Source: Candidatus Methanoperedens sp.
Lineage (GTDB): Archaea; Halobacteriota; Methanosarcinia; Methanosarcinales; Methanoperedenaceae
Assembly (NCBI GenBank): GCA_027460535.1
Contig: JAPZAR010000018.1
Coordinates: 37,146 to 69,145, forward strand
Direction of reading: 5' to 3'
DNA length: 32,000 nt
A program made the position numbers and the translations under genes. Shown piece after piece: positions 25,501 to 32,000 of this stretch. The notes beneath the pieces are model-generated. The model saw nothing but the letters and a program-made list of their open reading frames with translations, did no database searches and was not told the origin of the DNA. Numbering within the stretch: the stretch's first letter is position 1; each line of letters starts with the position of its first letter.

Positions 25501-27649
25501 CAAACAACAAAGGAACAGCAGGTTTGAACACATTATCGGACAGGGCAAAGAACAGAGTAACCGGGAGTTTGGCGATGTCCTGGTCAAAGGCAAGGTAAAA
25601 GGCAGGTTCTTTATCCTCTATTGGCTGGAATGGGGGAAAAGGATATTTTTTGCTATTCAACACATATCTCTTTTCGTTGACAGCAAATTCACTGGTTTGA
25701 ATCTCGGTTCCTGTCATGTAAACCTTTTTCATCTTGTCATCAAGAATGAGGGAAAGAGTGTTCTTCCCGTCAGAGATACTGATGGTTTCCTTTTCTGTTG
25801 CTATTCCGGGTATTTTCCGGATTATTGCCTCTCTTATCCAGTTCACATCGAAACCCCAGATGAGAGATTCAATAAGCTGGGCATTATTTCCCGGTACTTC
25901 ATCCCAGTTAAATAAACAGTACGTTTGGTTCCTGTAGGCAAAGTCGTTGTACGTCAGGATAGATAGTGGGATCTCACCTGTAGTATAATCCAGGGTCAAT
26001 TTGCTTATGCATGGCGGTTTATAAGTCGGGGGTTTGTATATCCATCCATAATTGAATTTGAAAGTCCTTCCACTAATGGCTGGATCAAAGGCAATATTAA
26101 CAGTGAGTGAATCTATTGCATCAACATAAACGACCTTTCTTGTTTGAGCAGGTTCATCTTTAGTAGGATCAGCAGTAATAGAATCACCAATTCTGAGTTC
26201 ATTTAAAAATTTTGTTCCAGTACCTTCCACATTCGTTTTATTTTCGCTGCTTGTAATCGTTCCAGTTCCTGAAATATCAATTCCACCGCCGGTTTCATAT
26301 ACAGTATCTTTTCCATAATTTCCCGAAATAATCCGAAACCGTATCCAGTAATTCTCTATTCCATTCTCTTCTTTCAATTCGATTTTAGGGCATCTGAAGG
26401 TTATATTTCCAGTTATGGTAAAGGCTAGAGTTGGATCCCCAGATACCACTCCATTTTGCACTGTCTTATTCAATTTCTGGATTTGTATCCATCCTGTTCC
26501 ATCCCAGAATTCCAGGCTAAGACTTATAGAAGTTGTATCAGGTAATACTATTTCCGGCGAAAGCGTAATTCCAATAGTTATGTTAGCGCCTTCTTTAGAA
26601 AAGACCTCTTTTGAGCCAATATAGAAAGTGTCGTTGAATTTGGGTCGTTCTCCAAAAGGATAAAAATCTTTGGTCAGATCAATGGGAACGCTGTTAAAAA
26701 GAGCTGCATCCGGTAATTGAGATGGGGCTGATGTTCCACCTATTGAAGCGGTGATTGATTTGATCTCTGGAAGGTTCCCTTCTGGTGCTGAAGTCATTAA
26801 CTCAGCGAATATCCAGCGGGTTTTCCAGGATTTTTGCTGGCCCTTTACTTTCTCAAATCCCGTAATTTCTTTTTCTGAAATTCCGGCAACAGGTTCAAAA
26901 GTAATGCTCCCGCTCTTCAGAAGATATGCAACATCGTCGTTGGTAGTTCTGACAACATTTAGAGGCTTGGGGGATAGAGTTTCATCAAAGTAATACCATT
27001 TCACTTCCCATTCCTGCGGTATTTTCGGGAGGATGCCAGATCGCAGATCAATTTCTGTCGTAAGGGTAATGGTCTTTTTCTCCTCGAAAGTGAAAAGCTT
27101 GCTGTTGCCGAGGTACAATCTGTGAGGAACACTATCTTTCCCTCTGAAGACCTCCACTTCTTCCTTTGGGTCTTTCAACAGGATTTTGCTATGATCTGTC
27201 CATTTTTCATCATCAGGAGACAAACTAACAGCCCTTGTCAGTTTTGGCTGGATGATAGTGATGTCGCTCTCTGTCTCAAAAACCAGTGAAGGGTGTTCCC
27301 TGGTCTGGAGCGTGGCAGCCTGCGTGCCTGCCCTGATAAATCCCTCCTTTTTATCGCCTTTAGCCATCGTAAAAGTCAGCGGCGCTCTTGCTACTCTCGG
27401 AGGAGACAGGCGTGTGCCCACCATGTTCATGAAGGTAAGGAAATTCTTGTCAGGGACTTTATTCAGCCGCTGTATGATGATCTCCATCATCCTTGAAAAT
27501 ATCTGAATAAGCGCATCCGCGCTCCTGTCAGATCGGATCTGGTCAATATTCATCCAATCTTTATTGCAGTAATTAAGAGCAAGTTCCCTGACCTGCTCCA
27601 CTATCTTCTGTTGATCCCGGTAGTCTAGCTTTGGAGGCGCAGCAGACAT
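22589..27649 (-). CDS. Giant baseplate assembly protein (Afp11-position; TIGR02243/baseplate-J-like) with inserted repeat modules and a C-terminal extension of about 470 aa
   Basis: It follows gp25 with a 1-nt TGATG overlap (ATG at 27649; the ORF track starts 3 nt earlier at a TTG). Carries the baseplate-J C-terminal pattern (GWVTVIIVP...GRDFGRDVYISEVYKVIKNTDGVDYV). Three WDEIPG-type modules are present. The terminal motif is VHK...C...C..C. Confidence 0.8.
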   Translation of the reverse strand: MSAAPPKLDYRDQQKIVEQVRELALNYCNKDWMNIDQIRSDRSADALIQIFSRMMEIIIQRLNKVPDKNFLTFMNMVGTRLSPPRVARAPLTFTMAKGDKKEGFIRAGTQAATLQTREHPSLVFETESDITIIQPKLTRAVSLSPDDEKWTDHSKILLKDPKEEVEVFRGKDSVPHRLYLGNSKLFTFEEKKTITLTTEIDLRSGILPKIPQEWEVKWYYFDETLSPKPLNVVRTTNDDVAYLLKSGSITFEPVAGISEKEITGFEKVKGQQKSWKTRWIFAELMTSAPEGNLPEIKSITASIGGTSAPSQLPDAALFNSVPIDLTKDFYPFGERPKFNDTFYIGSKEVFSKEGANITIGITLSPEIVLPDTTSISLSLEFWDGTGWIQIQKLNKTVQNGVVSGDPTLAFTITGNITFRCPKIELKEENGIENYWIRFRIISGNYGKDTVYETGGGIDISGTGTITSSENKTNVEGTGTKFLNELRIGDSITADPTKDEPAQTRKVVYVDAIDSLTVNIAFDPAISGRTFKFNYGWIYKPPTYKPPCISKLTLDYTTGEIPLSILTYNDFAYRNQTYCLFNWDEVPGNNAQLIESLIWGFDVNWIREAIIRKIPGIATEKETISISDGKNTLSLILDDKMKKVYMTGTEIQTSEFAVNEKRYVLNSKKYPFPPFQPIEDKEPAFYLAFDQDIAKLPVTLFFALSDNVFKPAVPLLFDNKGPGREATNIALKDASSLYIGDFVEFRNPSGEIEKKIIKRIDNQTIIWEEKLIHDFSSDGSTISLSLSDNPPVLAWEYWNGKNWSLLSVEDKTENLTRKDIIQFPAPSDINKRYCFEEKKGEEENDAKEKEYYWIRARIDKGRYDRLPKLRSVHTNTVWASNLVTVRDEKIGGSNGQKNQVIKFSHSPVLSGQRVCVNELSLTQEERKLIISEEKNDKAAVKDLKDDAGNITGYRVRWHEVSHFFSSGPHSRHYIIDRINGTITFGDGVRGMIPPAGKNNIVCSYRYGGGNDGNNARAYSITKLKTAFPFVKSVTNHADADGGWDKETLESAEERGPQTIKHHERAVTLEDYEWLVRASPKVAKAKCLPVKDPTQRTKSGWVTVIIVPESDDHKPLPTQELIDSIKDDIEKKTSTHLIDRSQINMIGPGYIKVGVVASVQFTSIPEAKTIEGRIIKRLNEFFHPLHGGTDNKGRDFGRDVYISEVYKVIKNTDGVDYVDQLYLNASIQIYKLKINEITPSVVYPERSIVSIGKKFLFDWDEIPGKDSKNLKAYLTQNFGIDFEKGETIEKTKNVIYVYTYNHIYNKYLFSWEEVADTEEVPGKEKYKLITYLREEFGLDWLDQVFSIVRKIDNGITLKIKGPFVWPPLNQNYILIRLDATKTKADLSISTDHRTDKFEAKVENNKLNIYTYNKIVNNTVSIRFDDDPTRLILTIDNIRTDELVAKDKTKIYDRAIFSLAERLPLEGTDTLTVVGFKEGDNIILRDGENRKLLVVSSVSHNIKGDILECESVRSETGFPPWSVVETFDKRIKSFITEGVPANSDIINLKVAPLEISDKLFLGLRDDPTKIDSSQIKEISDKVETIFIDDNYLVYSGTHVINKSEEEEGLPDVKIDEIYNLVHNGKLPEFPYLINTNTREVHKLNNWKKNCHLPDIRLGHRKFIRNYDDLDMTNVYDYCRWCFGAELSKR

Positions 27650-28059
27650 CAAATACCGCCCCGCTCAAGATAGAAAGGATATACGAGGTTGTCTTTTGTA
27701 TTCGATGTTTTGATTATATATTCTATATTGACTAGAAGTTTATTTCCTTCTTCCTCATCAGCAGCAATATCCATATCAGTCACTTCTATCCTCGGCTCCC
27801 ATTTCAGCAGTGATTCTCGTATATATGATTCTATAAGGGTCGCTGTGGTCGTGTTATTCAGAGCAAAAACAAGCCTGTTGAGGTCGCAGCCGAAATCCGG
27901 TCTCATGATTCTTTCACCCTTTGAAGTGCCAAGAATGATCATTATCGACTCCTTGATAGAATCTTCACCCTCTGAATATGCGATCTTTCCATCCCTTACA
28001 GAAACGGGCTTATCAGGTTGATATTTCCATCCTCTCCCCAGGAAATCCGGCTCTGCCAT
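27649..28059 (-). CDS. gp25/GPW-like baseplate wedge protein
   Basis: FLGRGWKYQP...IKESIMIILGTSKGERIMRPDFGCDLNRLVF...IRESLLKWEPRIEV is the canonical GPW/gp25 signature. Confidence 0.9.
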   Translation of the reverse strand: MAEPDFLGRGWKYQPDKPVSVRDGKIAYSEGEDSIKESIMIILGTSKGERIMRPDFGCDLNRLVFALNNTTTATLIESYIRESLLKWEPRIEVTDMDIAADEEEGNKLLVNIEYIIKTSNTKDNLVYPFYLERGGI

Positions 28060-28455
28060 CTATCCTCCTATCATAACTGTCCCGACCGCCATCACAGTGC
28101 CCACAGGCATGTCTGACGGGTCGTTGCACGTCATTGCCATATCCCCGTTCCTGGCAGCCATTTTTCCGTTTATCTTTACGGTGGCGCTCCCCAGCTTTAT
28201 GGTAGCCTTGTTCGCCGGGGGCTTCTGGAATGGACCGCCCTGCGGGATGTGGGGCGGCATGTTTGAAGCTGTTGAATCCACTGTAGCTGCGGCCATCCCC
28301 ATTATCTTCACATCAGAGCTAAGGTTCCCGTCGATCATACCTGTGAATGGATGCGGCAGCGGGGTCGGTACCGGACCTCCCGGTGTCGGGATCATTATAA
28401 TATGTATATCCGTCGCCATTACCTGGTCTCCCTGTTTAGCCGCTGGCTGTCCCAT
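28060..28455 (-). CDS. PAAR-like spike-tip protein
   Basis: 131 aa with GQPAAKQGD at the N-terminus and KINGKMAARNGDMAMTCND near the C-terminus (paired PAAR-type motifs). It is directly adjacent to the spike gene. Confidence 0.85.
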   Translation of the reverse strand: MGQPAAKQGDQVMATDIHIIMIPTPGGPVPTPLPHPFTGMIDGNLSSDVKIMGMAAATVDSTASNMPPHIPQGGPFQKPPANKATIKLGSATVKINGKMAARNGDMAMTCNDPSDMPVGTVMAVGTVMIGG

Positions 28456-28456
28456 A

Positions 28457-29140
28457 TTAGTTGATGTTCACCGTTGCCCCTTTTACGTTCATGCTCCCTG
28501 AAGCTTTAAGATCCATACTTGAAGTAGCCTCGATCTTGACGGAAGCTTTTGCTTTGACCTCGAAGTCATTAGCTTCTATCTTTGCAGAAGCTTTTGTTTT
28601 GACCTCGAAGTCATTAGCCTCAATAGCCACCTTCCCGTTCGGGGCCGAAATCTCGATATCCATATCTGATTTAATGGATATCTTGTTATCACTTGTACTG
28701 ATGACTATCATGTTTTTCTCTGATTTGTCAATTATCTCTATCTTCTCTCCCCCATTAGTATCATCAAACCGTATTATGTGCCCGCTCTTTGATTTGATCA
28801 TCCTGATGCTGTTCTCTCCATCCTCATTGGTGAGTATCGGCGTATCCACACCGTTCCACAGCGAACCTATTATGTACGGGATATTTATGTCCCCGTATTC
28901 AAAAGCCACAAGCACCTCATCATCAACTTCTGGTAGGAAAAACGCACCTCTCTCGCTCCCCGCCATGAAAGTAAGCACCCTTGCCCAGTTGGATTCATCC
29001 TCTCCGCTCAGGCGGGGGATTTTAACTTTTACCCTTCCGAGCATATCAGGGTCTTTGTTATCGATAACGATTCCTGTAACGACCCCGTATATTTTCGATT
29101 CAGATCTCCTTCTCTGCTCCAGTAGGCCGGTAATGCTCAT
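28457..29140 (-). CDS. gp5/gpV-like spike protein (VgrG C-terminal half: OB-fold plus beta-helix)
   Basis: YGVVTGIVIDNKDPDMLGRVKVKIPRLSGEDESNWARVLTFMAGSERGAFFLPEVDDEVLVAFEYGDINIPYIIGSLWNG is the gp5 OB-fold signature. The C-terminus has a repetitive beta-helix (IEANDFEVKxKASxK x2). Confidence 0.9.
   Translation of the reverse strand: MSITGLLEQRRRSESKIYGVVTGIVIDNKDPDMLGRVKVKIPRLSGEDESNWARVLTFMAGSERGAFFLPEVDDEVLVAFEYGDINIPYIIGSLWNGVDTPILTNEDGENSIRMIKSKSGHIIRFDDTNGGEKIEIIDKSEKNMIVISTSDNKISIKSDMDIEISAPNGKVAIEANDFEVKTKASAKIEANDFEVKAKASVKIEATSSMDLKASGSMNVKGATVNIN
28542..28631 (-). repeat. 45-bp direct tandem duplication inside the spike beta-helix
   Basis: GAAGCTTTTG(C/T)TTTGACCTCGAAGTCATTAGC... 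occurs at 28542 and again at 28587. It encodes two 15-aa beta-helix rungs. Confidence 0.8.
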
Positions 29141-30186
29141 ATCCCTGTTCTCCTCACCTTGAATGTCGTTGTATACACTCCCTCAAATAAGGAATGAACC
29201 GATGACACCACGTAATATATGCCGCTAAGCTTTTCTCCTATTCCCGTTATCTCTATGGTCTTTCCAGCTCTTATTCCTGGATTTCCGACGCATTCTCCTT
29301 CCCCTGTCAGGAATTCCTTAAGTATGAGGTTATATTTTGCCTTTGCAATATTCTCAGCATCTGTTGCATCGATTATAAGATCATCGACAACAGAGATAGA
29401 AGAAGCGATGAATGCATTTTCAGATATTTCAAAGCCGGATTTATCACCAGCCATTTTTGTCGTTTCACTCCCTGCCGAAACCGTCGAGGCGATCTCTACT
29501 TTATCATTGATGCTCCAGCCTCTGACCTCAACCTCGCTCCCTTCAGTAAGCGTGTTTATCTGAACTCCAAAGCTTTGGAGATCCATTCCGTATTCGAGGG
29601 TCAACTCTGGCGACCTATCCTCCTGCGATTTCTTAAAAACGAATGTCCCTTCATCAACACGCATCTCATAGCCTATCCGTTTTGAACGTTCGAGTAGAAA
29701 TTCATAGTTGCTCTGGTTATTCTGGAATATGTACGGGTGAATAGTACCTGTATCCTCGACATCGGGGGATAGGCTGATATCTGAAGCAATGGATGAAGCG
29801 ATGTCGCTGTCTTTCATGTCTTTGAACGAACGCCTCATCGTTCCAAATCTTAACCTATGCAGTTTGTCATAACCTCTTATCTCTAGGAGGCAATTATCTC
29901 CGAAATTAAAATCGAGTGATGTGATCTCTCCGGTGATCATGTCAATCAGGCTATCAATGCCCATAGAGACTTTCACCTCGTCCCCGATCTTAAAAGTCTC
30001 AAGGTCAACTCCTCTCCATGCGCCGTTCAAATTGTCAACAGTGTCGACCTTGATAATAAACATCGCCGGCAGATTCTGTTCATCTTCGACCGTAATCCCG
30101 ATAATTGCGGTAATAATATCATTCGGGAGCTCATTGCCGTTTATGAGCAGCTTGAAACTTGCAAGGTTTATTGTGTCATCCATCAA
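29137..30186 (-). CDS. Late-control gpD / gp27-like baseplate hub protein (VgrG N-terminal half as a separate gene)
   Basis: 349 aa. FKLLINGNELPNDIITAIIGITVEDEQNLPAMFIIKV...FKIGDEVKVSMG...RSFKDMKDSDIASSIASD follows the gpD/VgrG N-terminal pattern. ATGA overlap with the spike gene. Confidence 0.8.
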   Translation of the reverse strand: MMDDTINLASFKLLINGNELPNDIITAIIGITVEDEQNLPAMFIIKVDTVDNLNGAWRGVDLETFKIGDEVKVSMGIDSLIDMITGEITSLDFNFGDNCLLEIRGYDKLHRLRFGTMRRSFKDMKDSDIASSIASDISLSPDVEDTGTIHPYIFQNNQSNYEFLLERSKRIGYEMRVDEGTFVFKKSQEDRSPELTLEYGMDLQSFGVQINTLTEGSEVEVRGWSINDKVEIASTVSAGSETTKMAGDKSGFEISENAFIASSISVVDDLIIDATDAENIAKAKYNLILKEFLTGEGECVGNPGIRAGKTIEITGIGEKLSGIYYVVSSVHSLFEGVYTTTFKVRRTGI

Positions 30187-30195
30187 ACAGGCTCC

Positions 30196-30846
30196 TTAGT
30201 CAGGAATTATCAATATCCTTCCTATGTCGTTAGATGTTGGGAATGCCAGAGGGTTATTGATGTCATTCTCCTCGGCTATCTTTCTCCATAGATTTACATT
30301 CTTGAGTGTACTTTGAGCTATAAGGTCAAGTCTATCTCCATTCTTGACTTTCCATATCTTCCTGCATGCATCGATGCCCATGTTCTTTTTATATTCTTCC
30401 GCAGTTACTGCTGCTTTCAACGTAATGGTCAGTTCGGCTCTTACAGGCTTTCCATCAGGAAGAAACAGTGTAAATTTTTGATCAAGTTTGTGGAGCCTCC
30501 CTTTATATGCGAAACCGCCCCATACAAATTTGCACATGGGAAGTATTTTTCTTTCCGGTCCCTCGATCGCGGGTATGAGAAGTTTGGCTATCTTGTTCGT
30601 CAGCGTCCTGACATCAGATTTTTGTTCATATGTATCAAAAAGCAGCTTGACCGTAAAATCCTTCAGGGACACCTTATAAAAAGATGGATTTCCCACATTC
30701 GAACCTTTAGGTGCCGAACCTTCTCCAGCAGTTGACGGAGATGTCGGCATTTCCGCTTCCGAAGAGATTGTATATTCGTTTGGATTGAACTTTACTTCTA
30801 TCGGATCTCCACCTTCAACTTCTATTATAGCTTTTGTAGGCGTCAT
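30196..30846 (-). CDS. Tube-fold protein with C-terminal LysM domain (P2 gpX / Pvc7-position)
   Basis: The N-terminal segment KFNPNEYTIS...FVWGGFAYKGRL matches the contractile-tail tube-protein N-terminal pattern as I recall it. The C-terminus, VKNGDRLDLIAQSTLKNVNLWRKIAEENDINNPLAFP...GRILIIP, is a LysM pattern. Confidence 0.75.
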   Translation of the reverse strand: MTPTKAIIEVEGGDPIEVKFNPNEYTISSEAEMPTSPSTAGEGSAPKGSNVGNPSFYKVSLKDFTVKLLFDTYEQKSDVRTLTNKIAKLLIPAIEGPERKILPMCKFVWGGFAYKGRLHKLDQKFTLFLPDGKPVRAELTITLKAAVTAEEYKKNMGIDACRKIWKVKNGDRLDLIAQSTLKNVNLWRKIAEENDINNPLAFPTSNDIGRILIIPD

Positions 30847-32000
30847 AGCAATCCTCTCCTGTCTTTTTCGATCGAGATTTTTCTTTCAATGATATGATAA
30901 ACTCTATCAGCGATCCTGTTTATTTCATTGATTGGTCTGACAGGATCTTTGACCGATTGATCTATTGAATTTGCCGACATTGTTTTTTCTTCTGAGTTTC
31001 TGGTTAAATTTTCAGTCCCCTGAAGCGGAATCTTTTTTATTACAAGTTCCGAAGGATTATATGCATTATTACCTGCATATTCTCTAAAATTCAGATTCCT
31101 ATATTCGTTTTTTCTCACTATAGAGATAATTTGAGATTGATGTGATGCTGATCCGGAAGAGCCGAATCCCATATTCATTTTCTGGAATACCGCAGGCGAA
31201 GCGGCATTATATCGTATCGATCCAGCGTTTTCAAGGCGCCTTTTCCTCTGTAAATATCTCGAAATGGCATGGGAGATTTTTACATGTCCTGCCATAAGGT
31301 ATGAGAAATAATCGGAACCGTCATGCCGGTCGGGTGCATGTTCATATCGAACATTCGGGGTAATCATGTCCAGATTCATCGATAAATTATCCTTTTTTCC
31401 TGCTGCCGGGCTCTCCGTAGCAAAATATACTTTCGATGTTCCTCCTGATGATCCCGAAATACTGAATTCCTTATTTATTTTTCGAAATACCTCAGGTGGA
31501 GTGACATTAAGGCGTATCGGTCCTGTTTTTCCAAAGCACCTGTCCTTCTGCAAATATTCCGAAGTTGCAGGAATAAGAGCGATTTTTGCAGGTCCTGACA
31601 TAAGGTATGAGAAATAATAGGAGCTGTCAATCCTGTCAGGGCGTTCGTATCGAATTTCCCGGCCGATCCCATCCTGGTTCATCGATAAATTATCTTTCTT
31701 TGCAGCGTCGGAACTTTCCATCGCCGAATATACTTTCGATTGTCCCCGCAATGATCCTGAAACATAGGGTTCTTTATTTATTTTTCTAAATACTGCAGGC
31801 GATGTGGCATTATAGCGCATCGATCCTGTTTTATCAAACCATCTGTCCTTATGCAAATATCCCGAAGCTGCAGGACTAAGAGCGATTCTTGCAGGTCCTG
31901 ACATAAGGTATGAGAAATAATAGGAGCTGTCAATCCTGTCAGGGCGTTCATATCGAATTTCCCGGGTAATCCCATGCTGGTTCATCGATAAATTATCTTT
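30843..32000 (-). CDS. Tandem-repeat protein in the tape-measure position of the eCIS operon (partial; the 5' end is beyond the window)
   Basis: The reading frame stays open to the window edge and the repeat continues past 31985. Three 101-aa repeats are followed by a unique C-terminus ending INRIADRVYHIIERKISIEKDRRGLL. ATGA overlap with the LysM-tube gene. Function is assigned by position only. Confidence 0.6.
   Translation of the reverse strand, partial: KDNLSMNQHGITREIRYERPDRIDSSYYFSYLMSGPARIALSPAASGYLHKDRWFDKTGSMRYNATSPAVFRKINKEPYVSGSLRGQSKVYSAMESSDAAKKDNLSMNQDGIGREIRYERPDRIDSSYYFSYLMSGPAKIALIPATSEYLQKDRCFGKTGPIRLNVTPPEVFRKINKEFSISGSSGGTSKVYFATESPAAGKKDNLSMNLDMITPNVRYEHAPDRHDGSDYFSYLMAGHVKISHAISRYLQRKRRLENAGSIRYNAASPAVFQKMNMGFGSSGSASHQSQIISIVRKNEYRNLNFREYAGNNAYNPSELVIKKIPLQGTENLTRNSEEKTMSANSIDQSVKDPVRPINEINRIADRVYHIIERKISIEKDRRGLL
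31077..32000 (-). repeat. 303-bp in-frame tandem repeat (two near-identical copies, one diverged, a fourth starting at the window edge)
   Basis: TTCATCGATAAATTATC recurs at 31374, 31677 and 31980 (period 303). The encoded units are MNQxGIxREIRYERPDRIDSSYYFSYLMSGPAxIAL...KKDNLS. Confidence 0.9.

Noticed and set aside
1-32000. rRNA, tRNA or other canonical RNA genes
   Set aside because: I found no cloverleaf-compatible segments and no rRNA-like conserved blocks. Outside 905-1335, the intergenic regions are short and AT-rich.

Overview
All but the first gene of this low-GC, densely coded window are on the minus strand. Three blocks stand out.

(1) 16.2-32.0 kb holds the baseplate, spike and fibre half of a phage-tail-like extracellular contractile injection system (eCIS; Afp/PVC-like). 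In transcription order it encodes:
- a tandem-repeat protein in the tape-measure position
- a LysM tube-like protein
- a gpD/gp27-like hub
- a gp5-like spike
- PAAR
- gp25
- a giant 1686-aa baseplate protein
- a second baseplate-J paralogue
- a P2 gpI-like protein
- a 1134-aa repeat-rich tail fibre

Sheath, tube, ATPase and cap genes are not in the window and presumably lie beyond 32000.

(2) 3.3-11.2 kb is an effector island. It has three full-length ORFs and one truncated ORF that share a near-identical N-terminal leader of about 115 aa. Two of them continue into a DUF4157 HExxH-type domain. Their C-terminal modules are unrelated to one another: OmpA-like plus an unknown domain, lysozyme/SLT-like, and PT-TG plus AHH-like. 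These ORFs are interleaved with one intact copy and two decayed copies of a Cys-rich gene. The pattern reads as cassette duplication and gene conversion.

(3) Accessory genes flank these blocks:
- an S1 serine protease with a free-standing copy of its own N-terminal domain
- a 4-TM protein
- a TPR protein
- an M48-like membrane metalloprotease with a coupled small partner
- a decayed lipoprotein gene
- partial SDR and AhpD/CMD-like genes

The observations I could not tie to any described family or element, and therefore rate most worth a second look, are:
- a sequence module of about 70-90 aa with the signature [FY][LF]FxW[DN][DE][IV]PGxD...L...[FY]G[IL]D[WFL], present six times inside the two baseplate proteins
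- the leader-based effector cassette array, including a leader-only stub
- a 303-bp in-frame tandem repeat in the tape-measure-position gene
- a GC-rich 330-bp array of about ten perfect short hairpins in an otherwise AT-rich intergenic region

No rRNA, tRNA, CRISPR array, transposase or integrase was recognised. Taxon cannot be determined from the sequence alone; the gene content would fit a Methanosarcinales-like archaeon or an anaerobic bacterium. All family assignments are from motif recognition by eye, not database searches.
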